A stretch of 64,000 bases of DNA from the human T2T-CHM13v2.0 reference genome, Homo sapiens, in assembly GCF_009914755.1 (NCBI RefSeq), contig NC_060930.1, one strand, 5' to 3'. Of the stretch, positions 30,031 through 44,690 are shown in pieces. Each line of letters starts with the position of its first letter. Positions within the stretch are counted from its first letter, which is position 1. The notes below the pieces were generated by a model, which was not told the DNA's origin, ran no database searches, and worked only from the letters and a program-made list of their open reading frames with translations. A program made the position numbers and the translations under genes.

Positions 30031-33000
30031 TCATTCCAGAGCGTTTATTGAGAACCTACTATGCCTAGGATAATTCCTGACCAATACAAGAGAGACAGTC
30101 TCCATGGAGATGTGATCGGTAAGGTGGTGGAGACTCAGAGTGATGGATGGGCTCCCTTTGATTGGTGGTCCAGGAAGCCTCTAGGAGGAGGAGGTGGCAA
30201 CATTTAAACTGAGACCTTAATGATATTGATGAGTTCCTGTTTTATCACATCTAAGATATCTTTGAAATATTTCAATTTTTAATGAAATATACAATTTTAA
30301 AATGTTCCACTTTAAAATGTACCACAAAGAAAGAAAAACTACTGTCAATAAAATTGGCACCATCTACTGTAAGTTGCATCCATAAGTTGTGAAAAGTGTG
30401 TTCTAGCATCAGTGAAGTGTGTTCATTGTATTTGTGCTCAATAAATACCCATTGAATAAATGAGTGTTACTCTTTGATTGCATACAACATTCTGCTACCA
30501 CACTGTGATTGAATTTCTTTCCTCTGTTTCTTAGCTCTGGGGTGTTGACTTAGACCTGAGAAAAATAATAATATAGTACATAAAAGTATTGCAAGCCATT
30601 TATGATCTAATGTATTTTTAAAAATAGTTTAAAACATTTACTTTGGTGAAACCTTCACTTTGATTGCCGAAGTGTGTCAGGGAATCCTGTTTACGTAAAA
30701 TTGGCCTACACATAACTTGTGTAGGAGTGCAGTTGAGCAGCTCTTGCAGCCGGATAATTCCTTTTGGCAGCTGTCTGCAGAGATGTGTGAAACCTTAATG
30801 CACATAAATGCCATCTGAAGGGCAACAAAGGCATTAGCTCCAGCCTTCCTTCTGTTTTATAGATTTAATTTAACATAAATACTCCTTCTCTCCTCCCTAT
30901 CCCACGAGCTGAGGTCCCTCTGACCCAGTAGGTCCTTTGGAACAGTGAAATGGAGGAGGCTCCATTTAGATCCAACCCCTTCCCAGCTCTGGCAAGCCTC
31001 CAGCTTTTCACACTCCAAGCAGGGTTCTCTTCCAATATTTCCCCATCCTCCTCCCTGTTTAGAGAGTAAAATACTGCTGAAGTCTTTGCTTTTTCTGACC
31101 ACCCTCTAAACTTGAATCCTAGTCAAGACCTGTTTTCTGCGCTCACTTTAGAGCCTGTTGACCCTCTCTAGCTTTTCTCTTCGTATCCAAGTTCCCTTTA
31201 ACTCCTCAGTTTCTGGATGATTCAGTGGAAGTCTTGACAAAACTTGGCTATTTCTGGCTGTAATCAAGTATGCATTCATGCTGTTTTGATTTTCAGTTCA
31301 ACATGTCACCCAAGCCCCTGGCACTCAGCAGCACTCAGGGGCATGCTGGCTCACATGGTGATTGGGTCCTTCTGGAATCTGTTCCTTTGGGGCATTCTTC
31401 AGCTCCTCCCACCCTCTCCCAACTCTGCTAGGGAAGCCAGAGCAAAGCCCCTTCCTGCACCCTGTCTGACAGGGAGGGTCAGTCAGCACTTGGCCAAGAA
31501 AGAAGGAAGCAAAGCATGGACCCGTTTTCCTTCCTGAGCTACCCCCTTCCCTTCCCTCCAACTTCTCGTGTGATTAAAGGCCCTTGTGTTTTAAGAATTC
31601 TTCAGAACGGACACCAACTCTGGCTGAAATTGGAGTCTTTGGAAACAAGTAGAAGCAAAGGAGAAGTCATTTGTAAGCATTCCAGGGATGCTGGACCATG
31701 GTCCAGCCTTAGCCAGGATGATTTAAGGCCGTCTCTGACCTGTGACTAGCAAGCTGATTGCAGCAGAGGGAGAATGGGGAAGAGGTGAGGACCCATGGAA
31801 GAGCTGGTGAGGCTGATCCCCAGCCATCACAGAGCTCAGCTTTCCATGGCTGTGTGATTACAGACAGGCCTCAAACACTGACATCTGCACTTCTCTGATG
31901 TGCTGCAGAGAGAGGAAAAGCTGTAATCTGAGGCATAAATATACGATCCTGTGTGTTCCCTCTAACCATGTAACCTGCTATTAGTTTAAGCATCTATGTT
32001 GTGCTAAAGTATTAGAGCTGCATCAAAGAGGAGGATATGGTTGTTCTGAAACAGCTTACAGTTTCAGTATTCAGATGTCTCCCACTTTTTAAAATTGGAA
32101 ACAAGTAAAGGTGAACGATGCCGTGTGAAGGTCAGAGTCAAAGATCTGGGATTACTGAGTGGGTGGTAGGGGTGATATTAGAGGAGATGCAGCCTTTAGA
32201 GGTTTATTTTTTAAAGGAAAAGCGTTTCCTTACATTATGCCTTTCCCAACATGTGTGAGAGTTTTTAGGGAATTTCTTGATGAGGAATAGCGAGGGTGGG
32301 GCTGCCAGGGTAATGAGATGGTCAGGGAGCAGATGGGAAATGGGTGCATGGATGGGCTGATTAGTACTGGCTCTCTTGAGGAAAGCACTTTGGGAAATAT
32401 TTGGAAGCTTTGGGAACATAGTTCATGGAGGAAAACCTTGGTGGTCTTGGCTTTTCTCCATTTTTTTTTGTAGCTGTCTATATGAGATAAATGCTATTTC
32501 CCCCTTTGACAATTGTTTAGATTCAACTCAAAGGAACATCATTTCATCACAATACTTAGTGATATCTGACCTTGAAGCTGAAACAGCAAGGAAAGAAATG
32601 TGAAGATAATGATTTTGTACACATGGAACCCTCATGGTCCACAGGTGTGTCCCATCCCAATGAAGCATTACCTTTAGCCACTTAGAATTCAGATGGCTTC
32701 TAAAAAGCATCCTTATTATGAAACACCCTTATTTTTCTTTGTTTCTTTTTAGAACTTATCTGAAAATGGAAGCAAATATTATGAAGTTCTGAGAACTGAG
32801 CTGTGATGAGTTCTATCACAGCAATGACTTTTGAAATCCAGAAAGCCCCTGAGGAACAGAAGGAGACTGGTTTTGCCCTATGATCTGTCATGTATCAGAA
32901 TGTGATACTGTCTAATACTATAGTTTAAGACATTTCTAACTAGGGAGTGAACAGGTATTTATTCTTCTTACAGAAATAAAGAAGAGAATACATTTCTGTA

Positions 33001-33689
33001 CTGGCTAAAGTCATAACAGCTAGCAATAACTATTCTAAAAATCTCCCTGGTTTTGGATTACTAATATATGCAGAAGATATGCTTGGCAAATGTTCAGAAA
33101 CTATATGCCATATCTTTAATGAGAAAATTATTACTCGATGCTTCAATATGCATAATACAGACAGCAATTGAATCTAATATTTTCTTTATTTGCTTACCTA
33201 TTATAGTACTAGTTTAAGTTGGTTTTGGGGATATTATGAAAAAAACTGTGTGCATGGAAAAGATAAGTTTGTTTTTCTAAGATCTGAATACTCAGTTGAA
33301 ATGCGGGAATAGTGTAGAAATTGGGCAGTCTGTATGTTATTTGGAAGTTACTTGAAAATGCCTTCTAAAATGGGGATAAGATGATACAGTAAAGACGTTA
33401 TGAGGTTTAACTGCATAATATATGTATGGCATCTAGTACAAAGGAAGCCTTTGATAAATAGTGGGTATCTTATTGTGTTTACTGGTTGTCACACATAAGT
33501 TTTATTCTGTTACTAGATGGCTGGAATAATAAACCAACATGAAAATAACTGGGGAAAACAGTCTAGGTGTTAGAAGAAGGGCGTTAAGTTTCCTAAGGCA
33601 AAAGTCAATGGTGAGAGGGGGCAAAGGGAACACATTTTTGCTTGACTGTAGTAGAGACCCAATGTTCATTACACTTGGGAATTGAGATT

Positions 33690-34330
33690 AGAATTAGTTT
33701 ATTCAACACATGTCCCTTTCTAAGTTCTGGAGATTCAATGTTGAACAAAACAGACCAAACCTAGAATGAAGAGGAAACCCTACATAAGACAAGTACTTTG
33801 AAGAAAATTACACAGGGAAATGGGGTGGGGCATTGTATTTGCTTGGGTGGTCAGAAAGGCCTATCTGGAGAAGTAACATTTCAGCCAAGGTTTAAATCAT
33901 AAGGAGTGATCTTGAGAAGATCCGAGGGAATAATATGCTAGACTGGGGAAGAGAGTTAAGTAGGGCAGGCCTTAGAGAGAAATAAGCTCCATGAGTTCTA
34001 GAAAAAGCAAGGCAGCCAGTGTGTGTGTGTGGAGGAGGAGCAGTAAGCAGGAGATGAGGTGGGAGAAGCAGGCATGGCTGGGTTATGCAGGTCTTTATAA
34101 CATCAAAGACCTTTGCCACAGCTTGGCAGTGTGATGCAAAGCTACGGGAGGATTTGAAGCAGGGGAGTAACATAACCTGATGGATGCACAATTACCACTC
34201 TGCCTGCTGCGTAGGAAAAGAGCTGTCATGGAAAGTTCTGGAAGCAGGTGGAGCTGTTGGGAATCCATGCAGTGGTACAGAGAAGGAGGATGGTAGCAGA
34301 GGAGGTGGTGAAAAATGCATTGGTTCAGAA
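33690..34330 (-). mobile_element. L2 fragment
   Basis: GGGTGGTCAGAAAGGCCT...GAGGATTTGAAGCAGGGGAGTAACAT. Confidence 0.7.
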
Positions 34331-34531
34331 CTGGCATGTCGGCCAAGACAAGGCAGCCACAGGAGAAAGAACGTGTGGGGCTTGGACAGCATAGCTACTG
34401 TTGCTGGCTCTGCCCCACCTGTTCACGGTCGCCGTTTCCCATGTCCAGCATCCTCTCTCCTTTAGTTCCCCAAGAAAAGTACCCAAAGCGGCTCATGGCT
34501 CCAGGTGATGCTGTGACGCGATGCTGGGTGA

Positions 34532-34918
<387 letters not shown>

Positions 34919-36046
34919 TATTCTAGCACTTTCTATGTGGTATTTTTGGTAACCATTTCGTTGTCCACCTTCCCTCACTAGACTACAAGCTCCTTGATAG
35001 CAAGCATTGAAACAAAATAATTTTTCTTTTTACTAGTTGAAATTAGCTTTAAGAAATTTAAGTTTTAAAAAATCACAAATTAATTGAGGAATAGCAATTC
35101 TGAGTAGGTAGCTAAATATTTAAATAGGAAAGAAGAGGAAGGAAAAAAAAGAGCAGGAAAAGGAAGGAAAGCAAAGAAAAACCCACTAGAGCAATCCAAC
35201 AGAGCCCTGGGTTAACTCTTTAAAAAGGTTTCTTTAGAAATTGTTTTTGTTTGAATGATTTTCTGTAATGGGAGTCAAGTAACTCCATTGGTTTAAAGGT
35301 TTTATAGGTCTATAATAAATGTGGGGCTCTGTAATATGTATGTTTCTTCCCTTTCACTGGTTTATTGTAGAGTTGCAAACTCAACAGGGATTGTGTTTAT
35401 TCTGGAACAGACACAGCTATCAGATAAATTGTAGAGGTAAGAAGTCTCCAATATTCCAAACCATTTGAGTGTTAGGCATTTCCAAATAGGATATCAGCCC
35501 TATTCCAAGCCTGCAAACGTACCTTCTGATATATGGGGAGGGCATCATAGACCTTTTGGTAAGGTGGGAATCACCTGGGCATATAGATCATGCCATACTC
35601 ATCCTTCTGTTCCCACTAGAGAGCATGGTAACTGGCACACCATTGACCTTTAATCAGTTGTTTGCCTTGAATTTTGGTCCACTTCTTTATGTCTACTGTA
35701 TAGTGGAATTTGCAGATCTGATGTTCAATGCTAATTGTGTGGGTTCTGAATGAAAACCTTACTTCTGGTTTACCAGCTTAGAAATGAAAAAACAAGTCTG
35801 AGAAGTCTGTGTTTGTTATTCTCATATTCAGAATGTAGCACTCTTGTTGGCAAAAAGACCCAAAACAAGCATACAAACAAAAAAATTAGCTAAACTGCAT
35901 TGTAGAATGTTAAGTGGTACAACAATTGCTCTGTGATTGTAAATCCAGTTTATTGAGACAGATCTCCAAAGAGCTCCTTCCTATTAAAAAGGGATGGATT
36001 CTGATGGCTTACTTTTAGTTGCCGTGCCTATTAGAAAATAAATGGT

Positions 36047-36382
<336 letters not shown>

Positions 36383-36816
36383 TTAACATTTCTGCTCAAA
36401 TAGTGAGGCTCTATTGTGTTTCAAAATAAGTCAAGAGAAAAACTCTGAAATGGGGTTGGGGATTTATCTTTTTGGCTTTTGCACAATTGACTCAAAGTCA
36501 CCACCCATAACTGGACTCATAATCTCTATTTCCAGACCTACTTTCAGCTTCCTGGTGTTGTTCCCCGCCCCCCCCCTTTTCTAGTTCTTAGTTAATAGCA
36601 CCACAATTCAGTGGTCACAGCAAGCCATTTTCCTTCCCTTTCCTGCCTTGTCCAGTCAGTTAGCAATAACTGCTTGAATAGTTCTCAATCTATGTTCACT
36701 TATTCAAGTCCCCTTCCCAGCCTTTTAGACTCTTATCTCTTGCCTAGACTTTTGGAAGAACTGCGAAGCCAGTGTTGATTGATATATTAATAACTAGAAC
36801 ACGAACCTGACATTGA

Positions 36817-37200
<384 letters not shown>

Positions 37201-37259
37201 TGAGGGTGCAATTTAAGGCAGATATCAAAGTCCCTTTAGGGCTTCCCTGGTCACATTTG

Positions 37260-37985
37260 TTTCTCATACCTCAGGTCCAATCCATAGAAAACCTCATAGG
37301 CTTTACCTCCAGCATCCAGATTTATATAACTTCTCATGGTCCTTGATCCATGCTCCCTCTTGGTCCAGTCCACTGTCTTTTCCTGGTTATTGCAGTAGGC
37401 TCCTAACTGGTCTCCTTGCTTAGACCTCGCCTTCTACCAGCCAGAGCAATCGTTTCATATGTCGGTTAGCTCAATCCACTCTACTAGTTTCTCATCTCAG
37501 AGTCAGAAGCAAGTCCATGGGGTAGCCTGTGAGACCCTCCCTAGTCTGGCCCCTGCTCTGCTGTCTTGCTCTTTCTGATCTCATCTCCTGCTCCTCTCCT
37601 GATACTCACTCTGCATCAGCCCACTGGCCTCTCTGTGGTTCCTGAGTACTCCAAACAAGCCCCAGCATCAGAGTGTTCTTATTACCTCTACCTGGAATGT
37701 TCTTTCCCAGATATCAGAGTCTTGCTGTCTCACTTCTTTCAGTTCCCTGCCCAGGTGTCCCCTTATCAAAGAAGTCCTACTGACCATACTTTATAACATG
37801 CAAACGCCTGCACCTTGCAAGTCAGATCCTTCTTACCCCACTCATTTTTATGTATAGCATGTATCAACACCTAACCTAGGATACATCTGCTTAGTGAAAA
37901 CAGAGACTTTGTGTGGCTATATTTCCAGTGCCTTAAAAGAGTGCCCAGTGCAGAGAAATGCTGAAACACTTGTTGACTAAATAAA
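37260..37985 (+). mobile_element. L2 3' fragment
   Basis: CTCCTAACTGGTCTCC...CCTGGAATGTTCTTTCCCAGATATC...TGTTGACTAAATAAA. Confidence 0.75.
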
Positions 37986-40479
37986 CATCACTTTGGCAAT
38001 TGCCCTCTCATGCCTCTGAGTACGTTCTGATTGTCTGATTCTGTGATACCAAGTTCTAGAACAGAGAGCAGCAGCCTAAGTGCTGTGGGTGCGAGGGGAA
38101 GCAGTAGAAAACATCCACTTTCTTCCTCCATCCTTGCCCATACCCTCCTGGCTTCTGAAGAGGCTTCCATAGGAGGGCCGCCTGGCTTCTTGGCCTCAGA
38201 GTCCGCTCTCCAGCACTGTCCTACCCAGAAAGCCTTACTCATCGCTCTCCCCGAATCTTCCCTCCACTCCATTCAGGTTACTCCTTCTTACTGTGCCTTA
38301 TTCCCCTCTAGTATCCTCCAGCACCAAACAGCATCTCACGAATGGCAGACACCCGAAAACATCAGGCCACTGGTTTATCTAGGTCTGCGTTTTTTCTCGT
38401 TTATCCAACTGAGAAATCTTCTTTATAACTACCACACAATTAACACCTCTAATAAAAATAAGTTAGTCAGATTTCCCTGTTAAGCAGAGGGTTTTGGTCT
38501 ATTTTGTTCACTACCACACCTGAAATGTATAATAGGCACTGCAGTATTTAAATGGATGAATGAATGGGTTGTATTTGGAAAGTTATTTTTGGAAGTCAGC
38601 ACCACAAAAAATATTATAAATGCTGATTGTGATCTTGAGCTCATAAAAGAAAACCTACTTGACTCACAATGTGGCAGAGACGTACGATAGCTCTAATGTT
38701 TATGAGTGCTGTAGAGCTAACACCTTTAGAGCTCTAACTTGGCCTAGGCTATCTTTGAACCTGACTCTATTGCCTCAGAAGGGTCTGAAATCCCACCTCT
38801 CCTCCCCTTCTTGAACAGGCAATGAAGGTCACGTAGTTCACACTCACAGAGTTGGATGGACTCTTTTGACTAGGAACCGTACTATTTTCTAGCTAGTTCT
38901 TCATGCATAAAATGGGAGATAATTATAACTACCGTACAGGATCATGATGAACATGTAATAATAATGGAGAAAGTGTTACACAGTGCTTGGCCGTTAGCAG
39001 CTGTTTTATGGACAGTGGTGGTCTTTCCACTGTCATCAAGCCACTGTTGTTGGCAACCAAATCAAGAGTTCCCAAGACAGAGGGGAAGGCCCCTGACAGT
39101 TGATTGGGTCAAAGGGCTACCAAGCAGAAGTTGGTCCTCAACAGTGTCATCTCCCCAGGCCTCCCAGACCCTCCGTCCACACTCCTGGCTCTCCCTCACT
39201 CTCCCTCCCTCTCTCTCATTCGCTCTTTAGGGTTGACTCTGCGGCATTCTTCATTTTTGCTGTGGTCTCCTGCGGAGTGGAAAAGTTGTGTTACAGTCTT
39301 ACTTCTGGTCAGTGCACCACCCTTCTGAGAGTTTTTACTGGATAGTTTTTACTGCTATTGAGGAGACTTAAAGAAACACTTATATATTCTCTTTTGAGTA
39401 AACACTAGGGAAAATTAGTCACATGAAAATCAGATTTTGTGCTATCCTGTAGGTCTGGAGGATTGTATCACCTCTCTGAAATTAGAGCTGTATTCCTAAA
39501 AACCTCCGAATGAATGACCGAATTACCCTTTAGATTCATATCCAGGTGAAATTGTTGTCAGGCACATTGGGCTCCTTAATAAAATTTCAAGGTCACAAGT
39601 AGTCATCAGTAACACATTGGCAAATCATTTCTCTAAATCAGTTTAGATAGAAGGTTTGTTTTTCCTCTCTGGCATTCATCTGATGCTTAGAAATGCCTTT
39701 GCGACTTCATGGTTTGAAGAAGTTGCTCTGTACTTCCAGGACCACACCTTGGTCTGAGGCAGATTATCCGGTATTTGAGATGAATAAAGCTCTGGATAAC
39801 CTATAACCTCAGCAGAGCTCAGTCCCCCTCCATAGCACAGAGGGATTCAAAGCATTAGACCAACTCTGATAACTTTCTACTGGAATGTACACCATTGAGC
39901 TTTCTTCTCTGATATGTCTGTGGCCCTACCCTCAAATGCACCCCAAAGCCAGAGTTCTCTGTTAACTCTCCCTTGGCCTTCTTTACTCCTCCAAAAGCTG
40001 GCACCTGGTTTATTTCTCATTTTCCTGCATTGCAGCCCCTTCATCTTTCTAAATCTCCCGAATATAAATCTTATATATTGATTTAAATTCTCGTAACAGA
40101 AAATACTATACAGATATAAAATCACATAGGCTAGAATTTCCTGTGAGAAGAATCAGACTGAGGAGGGATTTCAGTGGCCGAGTCTACTAGAAAGAGTAGA
40201 ATGGAAATTCTACCGAGGAATAAGCAGACCGGATATGAGGACAACGAGGGCAATGGAGAGGGGAGGAGGTGGTTAGGAAGCTTTACCTATGGTTCCCATT
40301 GGCCTCCTGCCTTGCAGTTTTCTGTTGTACCAAGAAGTAGCAGATGCTGGATTGATTGGTACAGTGGTGATGATAGCTTATCACCACTAGTCCAGGTGAT
40401 GACTGAGCACTCACTAGTCCAGGTGATGTTCCAGAGGCTTGTCATATGTTTACTAATTTCATGCTCACAAGAACTTTGA

Positions 40480-40620
40480 ATATATGCAGTTATTTCCACT
40501 TCACAGATGAGGAAACTGAGGCAAGCAAAAGATGAGGTAACTTGTCCAAAGACACCCAGCTAATCAATGGCAGTGTTGGGATCAGTGCCCAACAGACTGG
40601 CCCCAGATCTGAAGCTCATA
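40480..40620 (-). mobile_element. MIR
   Basis: ACAGATGAGGAAACTGAGGC...AACTTGTCCAAAGACACCCAGCTA. Confidence 0.85.
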
Positions 40621-42440
40621 GTATGCTTGGTGTTATGAGCTAGGACTGCAAGTGAGAAAAAAAACAAACAGTGGTTGAGAAGAGAAATTCACTTTTTTGC
40701 CCCACAGATCTTAGTCACTCCAAGGCTAGTGTAGGTGGCTCTCTGCAATTAGAGACCAAGTTCTCTTATCTTATTGCCCTGAGACATGCCATCTTTGTTA
40801 TAGGCAGCTACATACCTAGTTAAAATTGAGGATGGTATTGTTGTAGAAGGAAAGAGTAGCTGGCAGACCACTCACTTGGGAAGAGAAAAGGAAGGTACCA
40901 TTAGAAGATGTGGCAGTTGGGAGGGAGGCAAGGATGCCTTTGGCCAGCATTGCTGAACTGTACTGCTCATGTGCCTTGCAAAGCTGGGGCTCATGTTGGC
41001 TATTAAAGTACTTGATCAACTATTGAGGTGTCTTCTCTAGAGAAAAAAAGCCATATTTAAAATGTTCAACTTTTGGTGGGATGCCCCACTTAAGTACAAA
41101 TAAATACTAGAGCTAGTATTTAATTAACAACTAGGCATTTCCAATGAAGATTTCATTTGGCAAGGGTTGTTTACTGAAAAATTCAGAAGCATTCTCTTCT
41201 GGAGAGGAAACGTCTAAAGATGTGAGTCTTCTTGGGTTATCAATCTTTCATGGTGACATCAGGAAACCCTGAAAAGTAATATGCACTACTTGCCTGCTTC
41301 AGCTTACTGTCTTGTAAGAACACGTTCATCTCACAAAGAGGTGTACTAATCAGACTCCTGTTTGAAAGACTGAATTTGTTAAAGAAATGATTGAGGTTGC
41401 AGTATTCTCAATCTATTATGATAAAAATCACTGGTAAATGTTGAAGTTCTAGAATTATGACCTCAATTGAGGGAGATGTGATTTAAATATCAAGAAGATT
41501 AAAAAGAAAATCAAGAACTTGGAATATAATGATTTTTACCAACATTAAGAATTTGAAGAAGTGCAATTAATGTAAGTTGTATATTTTCAGATATTTAAAT
41601 TCTGTGAATTTTCTTGCATTGCATATTCCCAGAGAATTACAGGAAATCCTTTGTAACAGGGTATCCTGAGTTTGGAGGGTTTGTTAAGTTAAAAAAACAC
41701 TCATTTGGTGGTATGCTTCTGGTGAAGATTATAGAATCCATTATGCTTCACTGAGTTTGAAGAATAACAATCACTTTAATCACACTTGTTTTCATGGTGG
41801 CCCAGAGAAGAATTAAGAGACTTCCTTTTTAAAAAGTTTTTGCTAAGACAGCGCTTTTATCCTCCAGTTGAGTCAACGGAATTGTTGTTTCTATTGGAAT
41901 TTCAAAATCAAACTTGATGCCCTAGTGAAATTTAAAAGTAAATTGATGAGAAGTAATTAACCAGTTAATTACGAGTGTGGCAGAATGCACTTGTACTTTT
42001 AAATGTTTTTAATGACCTCAAAAGTCTGGAGGCTTTTAGAAGAAGACTGTTAATGTCATGAACCTTTGGAAGTAGAGACCTCCAAATCTCCTTGTCTCTG
42101 TTTCCCATAGAACTCAGTAAGGTTTGGGGCTAATTTGAAGGTGTTTATCTCTTTCCGGCTGCCGAAGAAAGTTGAGAACAGTGATCCTGATGGTGAGCGG
42201 TGAATACAGCTGCCAACTGCTCTAAGTCAGCTTGTGAAGCCAGGCAAGAGAGCCTTCACCAGGGCTTAAAATGCAGAGGATTTCCTTCCATTCTTTGAGG
42301 ACATTTGACAGACAAACCTATTGCAGCTTATTGATGGGTATATCAGCAGCCATTGTTTTGTGTAAGGCCTGGGGTGTGGGAACAGGTCTTAAGGGGAGCA
42401 AGAATACATTGAAACACAGGAGCACTGGAAAGCTTATATG

Positions 42441-43290
42441 GTGTGTGCTGGTTAATGTTTAACAACCTACTGGAATGGAGGTGGGAGACTCAGCATGCGT
42501 GTGAGTGTGTATGCACACATGAGCCATTACATATACACACATATACATATAAGTTTATTATAAATTATACTCATAGAATGTGTGATACAATTTGCAAATA
42601 GTAATTTATATTGATTCTCATAGAAGCTCTTGTTGATGTTTGCAAACTTTTTATGTTAGTAACTGACCTATTAATAGGTGAATGTAGTTTTGACCTGAAT
42701 ATTGTTTGATATTTTCTTTTACATTAATGAGTAAGACAAAAGTGAAACAATGAAGATGATGTCAGAACTTTACTCATTTGCCAGTGACACGAGTGACTCC
42801 TCTGCTGAATTGAATGATTGTTTTTGAATGCTGGATGAATATTTTGGCTTTTTCTGTGTGTGCTATTTATACAACATGGTGGCTACAGACACAGCACATC
42901 TTTATGTTTAATCTGTATTATTAACATGTTCTCCAGGCCTGATTCGTAATGTTTGCCAATATCCATGGTGTGGAAATATTCCCACTGTGGCTGATATCAA
43001 GCTGCCAGTGTGACATTAAATTCAGAGTGGGGAAGAGATGTGCAGTATTGCACCGTTTGTCTAGTATCTCTACCACATAGATGCAATAGATGTAAATAAC
43101 CCTAAGAGCATAGATGATAGTAAAATTCAGGGAAATAATTAAGAAGTGATGAGTTTTGGGCATTATACCTTTGTTTTTAATAGGATTTATTTAATTTTAA
43201 ATGTATATTATTTACTCTTTAATAATGGCTTCAACACCTGGCTTACAAAATTTCTGACATTTAACAGCTGGCTCTTGTGAGTTGGTACAG
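42441..43290 (-). mobile_element. MER63C/D-like hAT-Blackjack
   Basis: GTGTGCTGGTTAATGTTTAACAACC ... TTTAACAGCTGGCTCTTGTGAGTTGGTACA. Confidence 0.75.
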
Positions 43291-43326
43291 AAATAAAAGG
43301 GAAGAAATGATGGAAAGGGAAAAACA

Positions 43327-43620
43327 GGCTGGATGCTCAAAATCCCAACACTTTTGGAAGTCAAGATGGGGAGGATAGCTTGAGACCAGGCATTCGAGAC
43401 TAGCTTGGACAGCATAGCAAGACCCTGTCTCTATAAAGAAAATTTTTTTTAAATTATTTGGGCATGGTGGCAGTAGCTGTAGTTCCAGCTACTCCAGAGG
43501 CTGAGACTGGAGGATTGCTTGATCCCGGGAAGTCAAGGCTGTGGTCAGCTGTGATTGCACCACGCACTCCAGCCTGGGCAATAGAGTAACATCCTGTCTC
43601 TAAAAAAAGAAAAAGAAAAA
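43327..43620 (+). mobile_element. AluJ (diverged)
   Basis: Dimer with small deletions; TSD GAAAAACAG. Confidence 0.9.
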
Positions 43621-44607
43621 ACAGTTCAGACTTACTTTGGGAACAGATCCTGGACAATTTGACTCAAATGATGGCCCTTTCTCAAAATTCAACGAGAGAT
43701 CCATTTGAGCTAGAGACGTTTGGGTTTAGGGGAGGGCGTTCAAAGGTCATCTGAGTTTTGCACTCAGTTTCTCCTTCCAGTGGTCTCCTTTGCACTTTAG
43801 CACCCCTGCCTGCGTTCGCCTTTCCCACCTCCGCACCTCCCTGCCCTCTGCCCCATAAATGCTGTTGCATTCTTTCATTCTCCCTTCTTCTGCCTTGTAG
43901 AGTCTTTTTAAAGCATTCTTCATCCTTGTGTCTTTCTGATGTCCATCATCCAGCTCAGGAAACCAGTGACTCCAAATTCCTGCTGCCTTGGAGGGCAATA
44001 GAAACTCATACAACTGGTCATAGATGTTTTTCTGACACAGTTTCATCTGAATTAATTGAGTGTTGACTGCTTTATTCCTGATACCCACTGAGATGCTTCA
44101 TACCAAGGGAACAGATGATGAAGGGCATAGAAGGCAGTTTGGGAGCAGGGAGCTTTTGCAGACATAAGGCAGCTTTTATGGAGCAGGAGTGAGAGGAAGT
44201 ACAGGGGTAAAGAAAATAAAATGTGTGCTTCTGGATGCTTTCTTTAGCCAGTCATAAAAGAAAAAAGGTTCTTTTTTCTTTCACCCTTCTACATTATGTT
44301 CTTCACAGCTCCAGGGACCAGGGCTTAGGATAGCGCTACTCCACTTCTCATAGGAGCACATGGTAAAAACCAGCTCTCAGTTTTGGCTGAGATGACAGGT
44401 CTTTTAGACAACAGCCCATTTACTGCTTGACTGCTTATAGTTTGAGGGCATAAATTGATGTCTTTTTCCTAAAAGGTGTGTTTTGAATTAAGGAGAGTGT
44501 TTCCACACGTTTTTGTTATCTCATTAACACCAGCATTTATGATGCTGCATTTTCTGTATATGTATTATCGTTTATTTGGTCACAATCACACAATCATTAC
44601 ACATTTC

Positions 44608-44690
44608 ATATTTTTGTTTTTTGTCTTTGTGTTTATTTTTATTGTGTTTATTTTCTTGTGTATATTTTTTATAACTTTTATTGTGTTTTT
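44608..44690 (+). repeat. T-rich low-complexity tract
   Basis: Repeated TTTTATTGTGTTT-like units. Confidence 0.8.
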
